Shown: in pieces, positions 16,650 through 30,462 of the stretch
Position numbering within the stretch: the stretch's first letter is position 1
How the letters are laid out: each line of letters begins with the position of its first letter
NCBI GenBank assembly: GCA_964016885.1
Contig: OZ024752.1
Coordinates: 620,001-684,000, forward strand
Direction: 5' to 3'
Source: Eledone cirrhosa
Taxonomy: Eukaryota
Length of the DNA stretch: 64,000 nucleotides
The notes under the pieces: model-generated
Database searches by the model: none
What the model was told of the DNA's origin: nothing
What the model saw: the letters and a program-made list of their open reading frames with translations, nothing else
Translations under genes and position numbers: made by a program

Positions 16650-17000
16650 ACAACTGTTAAATACCCAATAATCGATGCAAACATGCTGTCTACGAAATCA
16701 AGCAAATATTGTCCATAGATAGAAACCTGACCTCATCTATAAGATACATATCACAATAGAAAGACAAATCACGTCTCTCAGAACTATAAGCAAAACCCGC
16801 ATATGTATATATATGTATATATGTATTTACATATACACATATATATATAGATAGATGTATATGTATATATACATATAGATGTGTGTATATTCATGTGTAT
16901 ATATATGTGTATATATATTTATATATATTTGAAAGAAAGGTAAAGAATGACTTCACTTGTAGTGTTAACACTTTTATGATTTAATGTTATAATATAATAT

Positions 17001-17185
17001 AATTGTTTCTAGTTTTGGCACAAGGCCAGCAATTACCCAGTACATTACTGGTACTTTATTTTATCGACCCCGTAAGGATGAAAGGCAAAGTTAACCTCGG
17101 CGGGATTTGAACTCAGATCATAAAGGGATGTAACTATGCTGGAAAGCATGTCCGACCCTCTACCGATACTGCCAATTCACCGCCA
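17001..17185 (-). mobile_element. tRNA-derived SINE, copy 2
   Basis: Reverse complement of the 7505-7696 SINE, flanked by an atgttataat(a/t)taat duplication. Confidence 0.88.
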
Positions 17186-17353
17186 ATTCACCGATGTTAT
17201 AATTTAATATAACATTTATGATTTAATGTTATAATATAAAATTATGAATTATATTATAACATTAAATCATAACATTTTTTAACACTACAAGTGAAGTCAT
17301 TCTTTTACTTTTTTTCAAATATACCTAACTGTACCAAGGATCTCACACATTTT

Positions 17354-17416
<63 letters not shown>

Positions 17417-17587
17417 CCCTTATTTACGTGTCCCAACGACTTTCTTTAGCCGTTGCTCGCACCAACCGGAGGGATATGGTCTTTAAAGCGATGAAATACC
17501 AATGAAGGTTGGAAGATCACTGATGAAGAACTAAATTTATTCATATGTAACCCATTTGCAAACACGGATCACTCTTGCTTTCATATT

Positions 17588-18023
<436 letters not shown>

Positions 18024-18222
18024 GAGAGAGAGATAGAGAGAGAGAAAGAGTGAGAGAGAGAGAGAGTGAGAGACATTGTCCATTAACAATTGGATATGAA
18101 ACTATTTTCAAAGTAGAGAAATAACAGTTATATGAAGAGTGACAAATGTATTTCCAATTGGACTACGTGCATACATATAAACATACATACATGTATACAT
18201 ATGTAGATATACACATACATAG

Positions 18223-18331
<109 letters not shown>

Positions 18332-18415
18332 CGTACATACATACATCCTTGCATACATACATATATACATACATATGTACATATACACATACATATGTAC
18401 AAATATATATATATA

Positions 18416-18717
18416 TGGTGGCTGCCAACTCGTTTTCGAGTACGGCCACTACTTTATATCCATGTAGGAGAACCCCTACCGATGCGCTGACGAGTGTGAC
18501 AATTTAGTCCAGCCAGCGACTTGAAAACTCTGGTACAAACACTACACTTGTGACAATTATTGACACATAGTGCTGGGCCCATGGTACCATGTGACGACAA
18601 GTGCAGAGAGATCTCCAGATATAAAGCAATGCCTGTGCCGTGAAGCTTTTATAGTGAGCAAAGGCACTGCACAAAGCCAGTCCCACTCTCTTAACCAAGA
18701 TGATTTTTACCAAAAAG
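18416..18717 (+). repeat. ~300 bp dispersed repeat, copy A
   Basis: Near-identical to 19121-19425 (ggtg.ctgccaactcgttttcgagtacggcc...ttaaccaagatgat). Confidence 0.85.
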
Positions 18718-19120
18718 ATATATATATATGTACGTACATACATACATACTTGCATACATACATATATACATACACATGTACATATACACATACATACATA
18801 TGTACATATATATATATATACGTACATACATACTTGCATACATACATATTTGCATACATACATAGATATATGCACACATACAACTCAAAACATACAAATC
18901 CACACATACAATAACATCTATATCTACACATGCATACATACCTAGTTGATATGTAAATTCCAATGAGAGAGTCTTGTGTCTATGTTAGAAGCCGACTCTC
19001 TCTCTATTGGCAAACATTTGTGAAATTATAAAACCAGAACATACATACATACATACATACATACATACATACATACATACATACATACATACATACATAC
19101 ATACATACAAACATACATAC

Positions 19121-19735
19121 ATGGTGACTGCCAACTCGTTTTCGAGTACGGCCACTACTTTATATCCATGTAGGAGAACCCCTACCGATGCGCTGAACGA
19201 GTGTGACTTTTTAGTCCAGCCAGCGACTTGAAAACTCTGGTACAAACACTACACTTGTGACAATTATTGACACATAGTGCTGGGCCCATGGTACCATGTG
19301 ACGACAAGTGTAGAGAGATCTCCAGATATAAAGCAATGCCTGTGCCGTGAAGCTTTTATAGTGAGCAAAGGCACTGCACAAAGCCAGTCCCACTCTCTTA
19401 ACCAAGATGATATTTACCAAAAAGAAGAACAAGTCAACATCATTTGATACCATCAGGGTTGCAGGTATTATATCAGAGTTTTCCTTCTCCTAGAATTCTG
19501 CCTTGACAAAGGCTAAGGGGTCATCTCTCCCGGTGATTTTGGATGGCCATTGACTCTTAAGAGCTCCTTTGCCCTTTGACAGGTTTTGTTTTTAGTCCTG
19601 CAGGATGTCCAAAGTCACCCTCCTCACCAAGAAACCTTGGTGGGGTTGCCAGTTTAGTCACCAACGACCCGACCATGGGACAGGTTGTATTGGGATACAT
19701 GTTACCAGTAGCACCAACTGGTGACCTGACATAAT
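19121..19735 (+). mobile_element. ~600 bp non-coding retroelement-like repeat (copy B plus extension) between (CATA)n tracts
   Basis: The first 300 bp duplicate 18416-18717. The gagttttccttctcctag...ccttgacaaaggcta segment resembles RTE-type UTRs. Both flanks are (CATA)n. Confidence 0.55.
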
Positions 19736-19751
19736 ACATACATACATACAT

Positions 19752-20292
19752 ATGATATGGGACAGTGAGAAGAAAGCATGCACAGTAGTGGAAATTAGCT
19801 GCCCAGCAGATGCCAATATAATATCAAAGATTAGCGAAAAGGAGAATGTTTATGCAGAACTGATGAGAAATCTGCAGATACTCCACCCTGATTACACCTT
19901 CAGATTTATGCCTGTGATTATTGGGGCACTGGGGTATGTTAGTAACTGCCTCCTCAATACAAATCTTGAGAAGCTAGGCTTCACGGGAACAGAAAGAACA
20001 CAACTAGTTAGAAAATTACAAGTACAATCCATTAATAGAACAGTAAAAATATGTAAAACATTCCAAAAATTTTGCATCTAATAACTGCATATACACATGT
20101 ACAGAAACAAAGCATATACACATGCACACATAAACTCAAAACATCCACATCCACACATACAATCACATCCATATCTACACATGCATGTATGCATACATAA
20201 TCTACCTAGTTGATGAGAGAGTCTTGTGTCTATGTTAGAAACCGACTCTCTCTCTATTGGGAAAAAATTGGTGAAATTATATAACCAGAAAA
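19752..20292 (+). mobile_element. 5'-truncated RLE-type (R4/Dong-like) LINE: restriction-like endonuclease C-terminus plus 3' UTR
   Basis: IWD..K.C.VVEISCP.D.N....EK...Y..L...L......F.PVIIGALG is the PD-(D/E)xK region of RLE LINEs. The 3' UTR recurs at ~18870-19040. Confidence 0.75.
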
Positions 20293-20302
20293 ACATATAC
20301 AT

Positions 20303-20362
<60 letters not shown>

Positions 20363-20385
20363 ATGTATATATATATGTATGTGCG

Positions 20386-20463
<78 letters not shown>

Positions 20464-20660
20464 TGTATCTATATATACTAGATACTATATATTTATTTAT
20501 ATGTATACAGATATAAGTATGTGCATATCTGCACAAGCGTACTTTATGGAGAGAAAATAATATAAGAATTAGACATGTCTATATTTGTATGGAAGGCTAT
20601 GTATAATTTTGAGTGTGTGTCTGTGTGTGTGTCTATTATGTGTGTTTATTATGTGTGGCA

Positions 20661-20731
<71 letters not shown>

Positions 20732-23700
20732 AGTGTGAATGTGCATATGTGTGTGTATCTGTATGTGACTATGTTTGTGACTGTGTGACGCTATATGTAA
20801 TCTTGAGTGGGTGTCTATGAGTATCTGTGTATATATATATGTATGTGACTGTGTATATGTATGTGACTGTGTATATGTATGTGATTGTGTATGTATGTGT
20901 GTGTGTGCGCGTCATTGTCTGTGAATGTGAGCTTGTCTATGTGTCTGTGTCTATGTGTGGATGATTTGTCTGTGTGTGGGTGTGTAGAAGTCAATATATT
21001 ATCTTGTGTGGGTGCATGTGTGTGTCTGTGTCACTATGTGTAGGCGTGTCAGTGTGTGCGTATGAGTGTCTGCGGGTGTATGTTTGTATATACCGGCGTG
21101 TGCATCTGTGTGTCTGTGAGTGCGTAGGAGTGTCTGTGTGTGTGTATACGCTTGTATTTATATTTGCGTGTGTCTGTATGTGTGCATGTGTGTGTCTGTG
21201 TGTGTGTGTGCATATGAGTGTCTCCGTGTGCACGTATGAGTGTGCCTGTGTGTGCGTATGAGTGTCTGTGTGTTTATATTTGTGTGTGCCTGTGTGTTTG
21301 TGTGTGTGTGTGTGTCTATGTGTGTGTATATGTGTAATGTGGGGGGCTATATATAATCTGGAGTGGGTGTCTGCGAGTAGAGAGAATGATGCAAAAAAGA
21401 AGTTTTCGCGACAATGACATGCTGACAATAGGGTCCTATAGTCTTGCTTAACTGCTGGTGTTTCTCTCTCTGTATATATGTATATGTATGTGTGTATGTT
21501 TCTCTCTCACTCCCCCCTCTCTCTCTCTCTGTCTCTCTGTATATATGTATGTGTATGTGTGTGTGTGTCCCAGTGTATATGCTTGTTTTTGTGTTTTTGT
21601 TTCGATGGGTGTGTGTGTGTATAGAAGGGGAGATACGTGGGTAGGTCTCAGCTGAGACCTAGATCTGTCTATTTACACCCAGTATTCCATTAAACACCCC
21701 AGGGATGAGTAAATACTATCGTTGCCACATCCCGCTTTCATGTGACATTTATAAATGGTTTGTATTGATCGTGCTTAGCATGTTATAATACTTTAGGTCT
21801 ACACGAGTCTACTTGTTTTGATAGTTGCTAGATATAGCAACTAAATTTTTATCAAATCAAAACCGGCCAAGATGCATTCGATAATGAAGCCCTACGGCAT
21901 GACTAATTGTGGTTTCGGGTCCGATTACAAAGCCTTGTTAGTGAAATCGAATAGAAGGAAGCTGTTTGGAAGCCCATCAGATGGACTGTGCTTGTAATTC
22001 CAGAGTGCAGTCTTATCACACACTACAACACGCTGATTCGGCGCGAAAAGTACATTGGGGATACACGTGTATGTGGAAACTCATTTGCATATGCTCATTT
22101 ACAAATTCGACGAACAATTGAATGCTCATCGTCGAAACCGTGGAAGATCCATTATCACCCACTCCTAAGAAAAGAAGGCGATTGTGGCTGAAATTTCTTT
22201 GACCATGGATGTGCACGTTCTGAGTTAATATGGAGCCAAACACAATAATAACTGTAGTGTAATAGGTAATGATACTCTGCTATTTAGGCTGCTATTTGGA
22301 GGGATTCAGAAGGATGATGAAATAGTACAATACAGCAGGAGAGTAAATACTTTATAATATTTATTTTAATCATTTTTCGTTCTGAACCATTAAATGTTCG
22401 ATAAAATATATGCTAATGATATATTGTGATGGGTTGACATTTTCAATATACTCTACTGTTCATTTCAACGAAAGTTTATTTACATAAATATGAAATAAAC
22501 ATATTTTACTTATAATGAAAGCAAAATTAAGGAACAGAATGTTGTTCAACGACAAGGATCGAGCACCATATCTATCACTTGTCAGAGGAATGTGTCATCG
22601 ATTACATTGCAGAAGATCTACCAATCCATTTCCTCAAGTTATTATAAATTTGGAAAAAATAAGAATATCTATGGTGAATTAATGCGGGATTCTAAATGTT
22701 TGTTTCAAGGCTAGATATTTATATTTCTACATATTTTTATGAATTGATTTTTGATATTTTATCTATTTTATCTAAGTATTGCAACACAAAAAATAATTCA
22801 TCGGCGAGCAATAGATACATATTTTCCTTCTTGTCTATTGATGTGATTCTTGTTTGAGTTTTAAATTGGTTTTTAATATATCAAATATCTGATTGTCTTT
22901 AAAGTTTAGAAGTTACGATTTTGTGCTTGTTTTGTGCTCTGTTTCTCTGGTGGGAACTATGAGTGAAGAGCCTAATGAAATTGTGATTTTCGAATATATA
23001 AACTCTATATTTTTTCAATTGACTAAACGTAGCCGTAGAGGATTATTAGAATACCTCTCACCAAGATGATAAAAGTAAATTTTAAAAGAAATGTAAAGAA
23101 TTGTCTCCACTAGAAAAACCTAAAAGTATTGGAATAGTATAAGTTACAAAAAATCAGCCTGCACAGTACAGTTGTTTCAAAATGCTCTATACGCTTTTGT
23201 GTAAAAGAAGATCTGGCATTGAAACCTCACCACATATTAATGAGGACATATATCATAGGAGAGTATAATCTGGTGATGATAGTTAAATTGTTAGTGTTGA
23301 AACTTTGCTTAAATAATGTTCGTGAAAATAATCCGTCAAAAAGCAAAATAAATTGTAAAACAATTGTAAAATAAATTGTAAAACAATTGGTAACAATTGT
23401 TCACAATTGTTCACAGAAACTGAAAGACTGAGAGGAGATTCAACATGAAGGCGTTTCAGTATTATGTTCAAAGGTGTTCATAGCAAGCGAAAAATATGTA
23501 CAAAGGCATTCATATTGATCAAATAAGTGTTAATTTCCTTATCAGTGACCAAAAGTCTTGCTGAATAGTCCCCTGGGAATATTTACAAGTCAAACAAAAT
23601 AAGGCTTATTCATTTAAATATGAAGAAAAAACAGTTTTTGATATTAGAAAAAAAAAAAAAATTCCTCGGTGTACTGGGGGTCTCAAATATTTACTCTTCC

Positions 23701-24748
23701 ATTACTGTTCTAAAGGATCGATTAGTATTGATATTCTTAACGTCGAGTTACTTAATTGCGATTTAGTAATGAAAATAATATTCGTGTCTTGTCAGTGGAA
23801 CATTGCTCAGTACACAGAAATAATTTCTCGTTTTATGAGCATCAAATATATTATCTTGCCTCCAAACACTACATTGTTAATTCAATATATTTTCTTGCCT
23901 CCAAACACTACATTCAACCGGGACATACGAACTTCAAAAACTTAATATCGAAGAGAAATTTATCCAAGAATTTTAGCCGAATTCGATGGTATTCAAAGCG
24001 AATCTGATGCAAATGCAATTGCAAAGTAGATTTTATTTGTTAATGTTTTGCATATGTTAGCAATCTCATGGAATCAAGTCTAAAAGAAAAAAGATCCTCT
24101 TAAACTTGTTTTAATAACGAAGGTGGGCATTTAAAACAAACACATGGATTTAAAGCTTAAAACAAATGAAATATTTGATGGAACACCAGACGATATACAA
24201 AAAGAAGTGTTTGAAAATTGGTTAGTTATGGTTGAAAACGTTCTAGAAGCTACGATAGCATATGCCGAGATATTACTGATACATCTGTTCTATAAGCCTT
24301 TCGAATGCAGAGTGATAATTGACACGACACTCTGATTAGTTTTCAATACAATCTCGTGAGCGATAGATGAGCATCTTCTTCCCATCTTCTTCACACTTAT
24401 CATAGACTGGATCATGCTTAGGACCAAACCAGATAAGCATAGATAGGCATTCAGTAAACCTATTTCTCTCATTTAGATCTTGACCTTGCGGATAATCTAG
24501 AATACCTTTCCTTTAAAAGAGATTATCTTCAGGAGAAAACGGTAGGCCGAAAATTATGCAAAGACATGTTTCTAAAGCATTTACTCTCATTTCTTCTTAT
24601 ATCATTGCGTACAAACACCCATCATGTGGATACATTTATCTAGACAATTTCTTACCTTTGAATTATTGTTTAAGCAAGGAATTTCTTCTTTTAGCCGTAA
24701 AACATTCCGTAATAGGGTGAAAGCAGAAATTATTTGTTTAAACTTTAA

Positions 24749-24831
<83 letters not shown>

Positions 24832-24880
24832 CCTTATCGAGCCCTCTTTGGATTTTAGTCTTCAAATTTATTATTATTAC

Positions 24881-24944
<64 letters not shown>

Positions 24945-25249
24945 GTAGACTTTTTATTTAGATATTTTGTCATTATGTTCTCCTTCTTTCAACGTAGGAT
25001 TTTGACTGTGAAATTTAGTAATATAAACTCCCCTAGAGGTGGGACAACCTGTGTAATCATATCTTAGCCGTCCAGCGTACATCACATGTCAATTTGCGTC
25101 TCACATCCACGTAGAAGCAGTAAACATCTAAAGTTATTAAATGAATCGTTCAACAATTCGTAAAAATACCATTACACATACACACACATATATATATATA
25201 TATGTATATATGTATACACACACACACACATATATATATGTATATATGT

Positions 25250-25299
<50 letters not shown>

Positions 25300-26755
25300 T
25301 TCTGAATTTGTTTAGCAAGATTCTTTGTCTGAAAACGTGTGTTGAAACCGATATTGTTATACTTTGGGAGGGTCATGTTGCCAATAAGTAACACACGCAC
25401 CAGCAGTTTTCACTCCAATTTATTATAAGTTAAATTAAATTATAAATTTAAGAAATTTATAACTTTCGGTTGGTTGGTTGGTTCCACAACCAGCCGGTTG
25501 TTCATATATTGTCAAAGTTCTTTCGTCACACATTATGTGACCTCATCAGTGACCGGGGATTCTTTTCTTTGTTTTGTGACTCTCCTTTGTTTTGTCCTAC
25601 GCCATCTTGTTTTTGTGTGTGTTGTGTGCTTAGTTTGCGCATGTGTTACATCCGGGTGTCTGTGTGTGTTTTTATTTGTTTATTTATTTGTTTATTTACA
25701 TGTTACTGGTTGGTTGTTTGTTCTGTGTGTGTGTGTTTTCATTTTGTCCTTAATTGTAAGTTGTGATGTTGCTATTCCATTCATGTTTTCTATTTAATTT
25801 TGGTTGGAGTTCATTTATGTTTATTGCCTCTGTGAGTTGTCTAAACATTGCGTCTTTTCTGTGTGTAGATTTTATTTTTATTTCTAAGTTCTCTAATTTG
25901 CCCTTATGTTCTCTTTTAGCATGTGGGTGTAGTACTGATGAATCTTTTCTATCTTGAAGCTCTCGCCAGTGTTCATTTAATCGTTCTCCTATACTACGAG
26001 CTGTCTCACCTATGTACACTATATTCTTATCTTTACATTGTCTCTCAGTACATCTTATGCTATATACTATGTTTCTAGTTTTGAAGTTAATATGGGGGCT
26101 TAGTTTACAGATTATGCATTTCTTATCTATACAGGGAGGTCTTTGAAAAGGGTATGTATTACTAATAAGTGTTTTTATGGAGGTACCTGGTCTTTCCACT
26201 ATCTTAATATTTAGTTTAAGTTTATCTAGGGCCCTTCTAAATTTGTAAGCTCGTTCACCTCTAGGGGTTGTATTGATGAACATTACTCTCTTATTTATTG
26301 CTATCATACCATGAGTTTATTCTATTAACCTTGTTCCTAGTTCTTTCTATTCCAAAATTTGCTCCTATACAAGGGGCAGGTCCCATTTCTATCATTATTT
26401 CCCATTTGGTTCTGGCTCCTCTATATACTCTGATTTTATCTCTCTGATTGTAACCAGAGAATTGTATACGGTGGATGAAGTGTTGTATGTGTCTCTCTAG
26501 TTCTTTGGGGTTGCACATGCGGGACACGTTCTTCATCACCCGTACTAAATCCGCAATCAGTATGTTGATTTTGGTGTGATCCGAAACAGCTGAGTTTCGG
26601 TGGATCATGTATTTGTGGAACCAACCAACCAACCAACCGAAAGTTATAAATTTCTTAAATTTATAATTTAATTTAACATATAATAAATTGGAGTGAAAGC
26701 AACTGGTGCGTATGTTTCTTATTGGCAACATGACCCTCCCAAAGTATAACAATAT
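25300..26755 (-). mobile_element. Penelope-like element, 5'-truncated, with ~140 bp inverted terminal repeats
   Basis: Contains a GIY-YIG ORF and an RT C-terminal remnant (IHRNSAVSDHTKINILIADLVRVMKN...SGYN). 25351-25489 is the reverse complement of ~26613-26754. Confidence 0.88.
25750..26307 (-). pseudogene. Penelope-type GIY-YIG endonuclease domain
   Basis: NIVYSIRC..C....VYIGETARSIGERLNEH...H....H...RQLTEAI.I....PKLN, preceded by a Cys-rich linker. It is frameshifted relative to the upstream RT remnant. Confidence 0.9.
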
Positions 26756-26816
26756 ATATATATATATATATGGAACAAAAACAAAGAGCGCTTACATCAT
26801 CAATTAATCTTTATTT

Positions 26817-26861
26817 GCTGACAGTGTTTCGTCCTTGCATAATTGCAGGACTCATCAGAGC
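26817..26861 (-). ncRNA. Minimal type I hammerhead ribozyme motif
   Basis: Minus strand reads gct-CTGATGA-GTCC(tgcaattatgcaa)GGAC-GAAA-CactG-TC-agc. The core is intact, stems I and II pair, and the cleavage triplet is GUC. Confidence 0.8.
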
Positions 26862-27176
26862 GTTATAAAGAGGAATTAGATCAATAGTATAAACTCTACC
26901 AACCTATATCACAAGAACGATCCATATGTAGCACAGAGGACTAAGAAGAGTGGGGTGCTTGGACGACGCGTCATCGTTAGAAGCCGATACATATTAAGAC
27001 CAAAATCAGTTACAATAATTAAAGATAAGAAAAAATAAGGAAAAATAATTAAAGATAAGGAAATTAAAGATAAGAGATAAAACGTAAAGGGTAGAGTCGT
27101 CTAGAAGTAAGGATAAAATAAAGATAACAATAAAGTGATGATAATATAAGGAAATATAAAAAAAATATATGTATAC

Positions 27177-27207
<31 letters not shown>

Positions 27208-27241
27208 TATATACATATATATACATATATATATACGCACG

Positions 27242-27281
<40 letters not shown>

Positions 27282-27289
27282 CAAATATA

Positions 27290-27430
27290 AATTAGCGAGA
27301 ATCGTTTTCAGCTCAGGAATTAACGAAAATCAACGTCCGATATGTGTGGCAAGCGCTCGATGAATCATATGAATCAGAGCTACAACATACGTTAAGGGCC
27401 AAACACACTGAGATGATGGTTAAACATATC
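27290..27430 (+). mobile_element. Possible N-terminal remnant of a Charlie-type hAT transposase
   Basis: Decayed translation ..INENQRPICV....ESELQHTLRAKH..M..K resembles the P.CV.C...L.RHL..KH zinc-finger start. Confidence 0.35.
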
Positions 27431-27890
27431 ATCCGCACAGCCAAAATCAAAACGACCAAGTAGTTCGGGTCAAACAATAAAAATATATGTGTTGATACTT
27501 TCCCGGACCCTGGACTGATGGTAAAATCCAGTATTGGTTTCTGCGACTCCAAATCAGGTACTGTCCGCCTACATAAAGAATGTTGGGCTTCTGGTGAGAT
27601 GATGAACAAGGCAGTCGTGTTTTCAACGGGTTTTGCTCCAATATGCTATAGATAGTGTAGCTATTACTGACCCCTCGTGGGATTCAGCAAGGGAGGTAAC
27701 ACCTCTATTAAGCGAATGATTCAGTTGTGTATTATTGCGAGAATGCAAAATATCACAAATCGAATAAAGCTCTCGACAGAATAGTTAAATATAACAGAGC
27801 CATTCAATAGTCAATATAAGTAACTGAAAAAATCAATAAAATTAACTGCTCAATAGCTAGACTCTGGAGATTAATACAAATATGAATTAG

Positions 27891-27945
<55 letters not shown>

Positions 27946-28084
27946 CGTGCGTATATATATATATATATGTATATATATGTATATATATATATATATATAT
28001 ATGTGTGTATCTGTGTAATGAAGTAATTCCGTCGGAAAGTTCCAGGAAAAAAGAGTGCTCTATGTAAATTACAGAGCTTATTAG

Positions 28085-28268
28085 TTATGTAATAAACAAC
28101 ATAAGATAATTATTTCATTTACCAGTGGTTTCTTGAAAGCAACCAAAATTGCTTTCATTCATCAGAATTTTTACCAGGATTTTTTCATTTTGATGAATGA
28201 AAGCAATTTTGGTTGCTTTCAAGAAACCACTGGTAAATGAAATAATTATCTTATGTTGTTTATTACAT

Positions 28269-28270
<2 letters not shown>
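28085..28270. repeat. Near-perfect ~80 bp-arm inverted repeat carrying hammerhead-like cores
   Basis: ttatgtaataaacaac...ttcattcatca versus tgatgaatgaa...gttgtttattacataa, with a ~25 nt spacer. Confidence 0.9.
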
Positions 28271-28331
<61 letters not shown>

Positions 28332-28470
28332 GGAGAGTGTGTGTAATTTGTATGCATACTTGTATATGTAAGCATTCGTGTGAATAGAGTTTTGTCGCTT
28401 TGAAAAGAAAAAAATCCTCATATTTTAAAATATTGAATTAGTGTGTCTTTGAATTTGTAAATAGTTTGTA

Positions 28471-28658
28471 TTGGATTGGCAGTATCGGTAGAGGGTCGGA
28501 CGCCATGCTTTCCAGCATAGTTACGTCCCTTTACGATCTGAGTTCAAATCCCGCCGAGGTTGACTTTGCCTTTCATCCTTACGGGGTCCATAAAATAAAG
28601 TACCAGTAATGCACTGGGTAATTGCTGGCCTTGTGCCTAAAGTAGAAACAATTATTAT
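28471..28658 (+). mobile_element. tRNA-derived SINE, copy 3
   Basis: Near-identical to 7505-7696. Confidence 0.9.
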
Positions 28659-29109
28659 TTCTGCCCTTCTTATTGTTATTATTGCCAGTCTTAATCTTAA
28701 TGCCGTATTTTTGTTTCTTTGTTTTCTTTTATAGTTTTTCCTATTTTGTGCCCTTTGTTGAAGTCTGTACCATTCATATAGTTAAAATGTTTCACCGTCT
28801 TGGAGATGAAATGAGCACAAAATCTGCCTAAGTCTGCGCTTTCTATCATTAATCCCATTATCTATGTTAGTGATTCATTATAAAATATTTTTTTAGAACA
28901 TAATGTTTTTGTTTCTGTCGTTGTTGTTAATCTAAAAAAATTACCATCGTAGTGCTGAATTCCATACACCTTTCTGCAATAACTATGAGCAGGCAAGAGA
29001 GACAAATCTATTTTTGTAAATCAACAATGCCGTCATAAGGTTTCTAAGATACTTCATTTATATATTTATATTTATTCCTTACTCCTATTTATTATTAAAA
29101 AGTAGAAAC

Positions 29110-29300
29110 GGTGGTTTGGCAGTATCGGTAGAAGGTCGGACGCCATGCTTTGCAGCAAAGAGTTACGGCCCTTTATGGTCTGAGTTCAAATCCCGCCGAG
29201 GTTAACTTTGCCTTTCATCCTTACGGGGTCGATAAAATAAAGTACCAGTAATACACTGGGATAATTGCTGGCCTTGTGCCAAAAGTAGAAACAATTATTA
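29110..29300 (+). mobile_element. tRNA-derived SINE, copy 4, with 19 bp TSD-like flanks
   Basis: Same family. attattaaaaagtagaaac occurs at 29091-29109 and 29294-29312. Confidence 0.9.
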
Positions 29301-29389
29301 AAAAGTAGAAACAATTATTAAGCAGTTTCTGCATCATATGAATTTGTCCTTCTAGAGCGATGCCTCTATGTAAGAATAATAATCTCTAT

Positions 29390-29540
29390 TGGCCTGTCGC
29401 ATCTGTGTCGTTTGTGGACTATCTGCATTGCAGCACTTGTCTATTTTAGTACCCATCAGTTTGATATGGTGGTACATGATACTTTTCCATCCCGTGCGAT
29501 CAGCTGCAAAAGCTTTCCAAAGATTACTTAAATCCAACAT
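29390..29540 (-). mobile_element. RTE-like LINE 3' fragment
   Basis: LSNLWKAFAADRTGWKSIM matches the W...A.DR..WR motif at RTE C-termini. Confidence 0.5.
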
Positions 29541-29806
29541 CTATTTCTACTCAACACTTATATCTACTTAAAATTTACTTCAACCCATCACTTAATTCTA
29601 GTCGACGCTTACTTCTACTTCACACTTATATTCAACACTTATTTCAACTCGACATACATCTACTCAATTCTGGTTAAAGTCTGTTTTAAACCCCGGTGTA
29701 CACCAGGCCGGAACTATCTCAGTTTCCTCGGCGTTAGGATTGCAGTCCATTACAAACATAACCCTCAGCTACTACTGGTACTTCTTTTCAGTTGAGTGAA
29801 CTAAAG

Positions 29807-30060
29807 AAGCAGTCACCAACCTTTTTTGCGCCACGGACCGGCGGAAGGTCACGCGCATAACAAAACACAATAAACAATAAAGTGCATATTATATAATTTA
29901 ATTATTTTATATATATATACTGTAAATGAGACTCAACTCAACATAATGGAGGCTCAACTCAACATAAGGAAGACAGCGATATTTAAAAAAAAGAAAATTG
30001 TTATTCTTTCCGTGTGGCCCGTTACCAAATGGTTCACAGCCTGGTGGTTGGCGACCACTT
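29807..30060. mobile_element. hAT-type MITE inserted into an older SINE
   Basis: TIRs aagcagtcaccaacc / ggttggcgaccactt and an 8 bp TSD aactaaag / cactaaag. The flanks rejoin into a minus-strand SINE-like sequence (ggttcaattc...gttgtgtccttgaacc). Confidence 0.75.
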
Positions 30061-30462
30061 CACTAAAGAAGCGTGAAATGAAGTGATTGGTTCAAGGACA
30101 CAACATCTCATATTGTCTGAGAATTGAACCATGGACCCAACACTCTCACCTTTAGATCACATGTCTTCATCAATGCTGGATTGCCGCGTAAAATATACTA
30201 TTCGACTCAAATATTGAACTATTACTCTGTGCCAAAATAATTGATGCCATGATGATCTTGTTATAACATCCAAATATTGAAACTAATCGCCCAACTACAG
30301 CTCTACTCTGCGGTATATAAACACGGTTTTATATATATATATATATATTGAGATAGAGAGAGAGAGAGAGAGAGGTTGATAGATAGATAGATATATGGAT
30401 AGATGAATAGATAGATAGGTAGATAGGTAGGTAGGCTGGTGGATAGATAGATAAATAGATAT

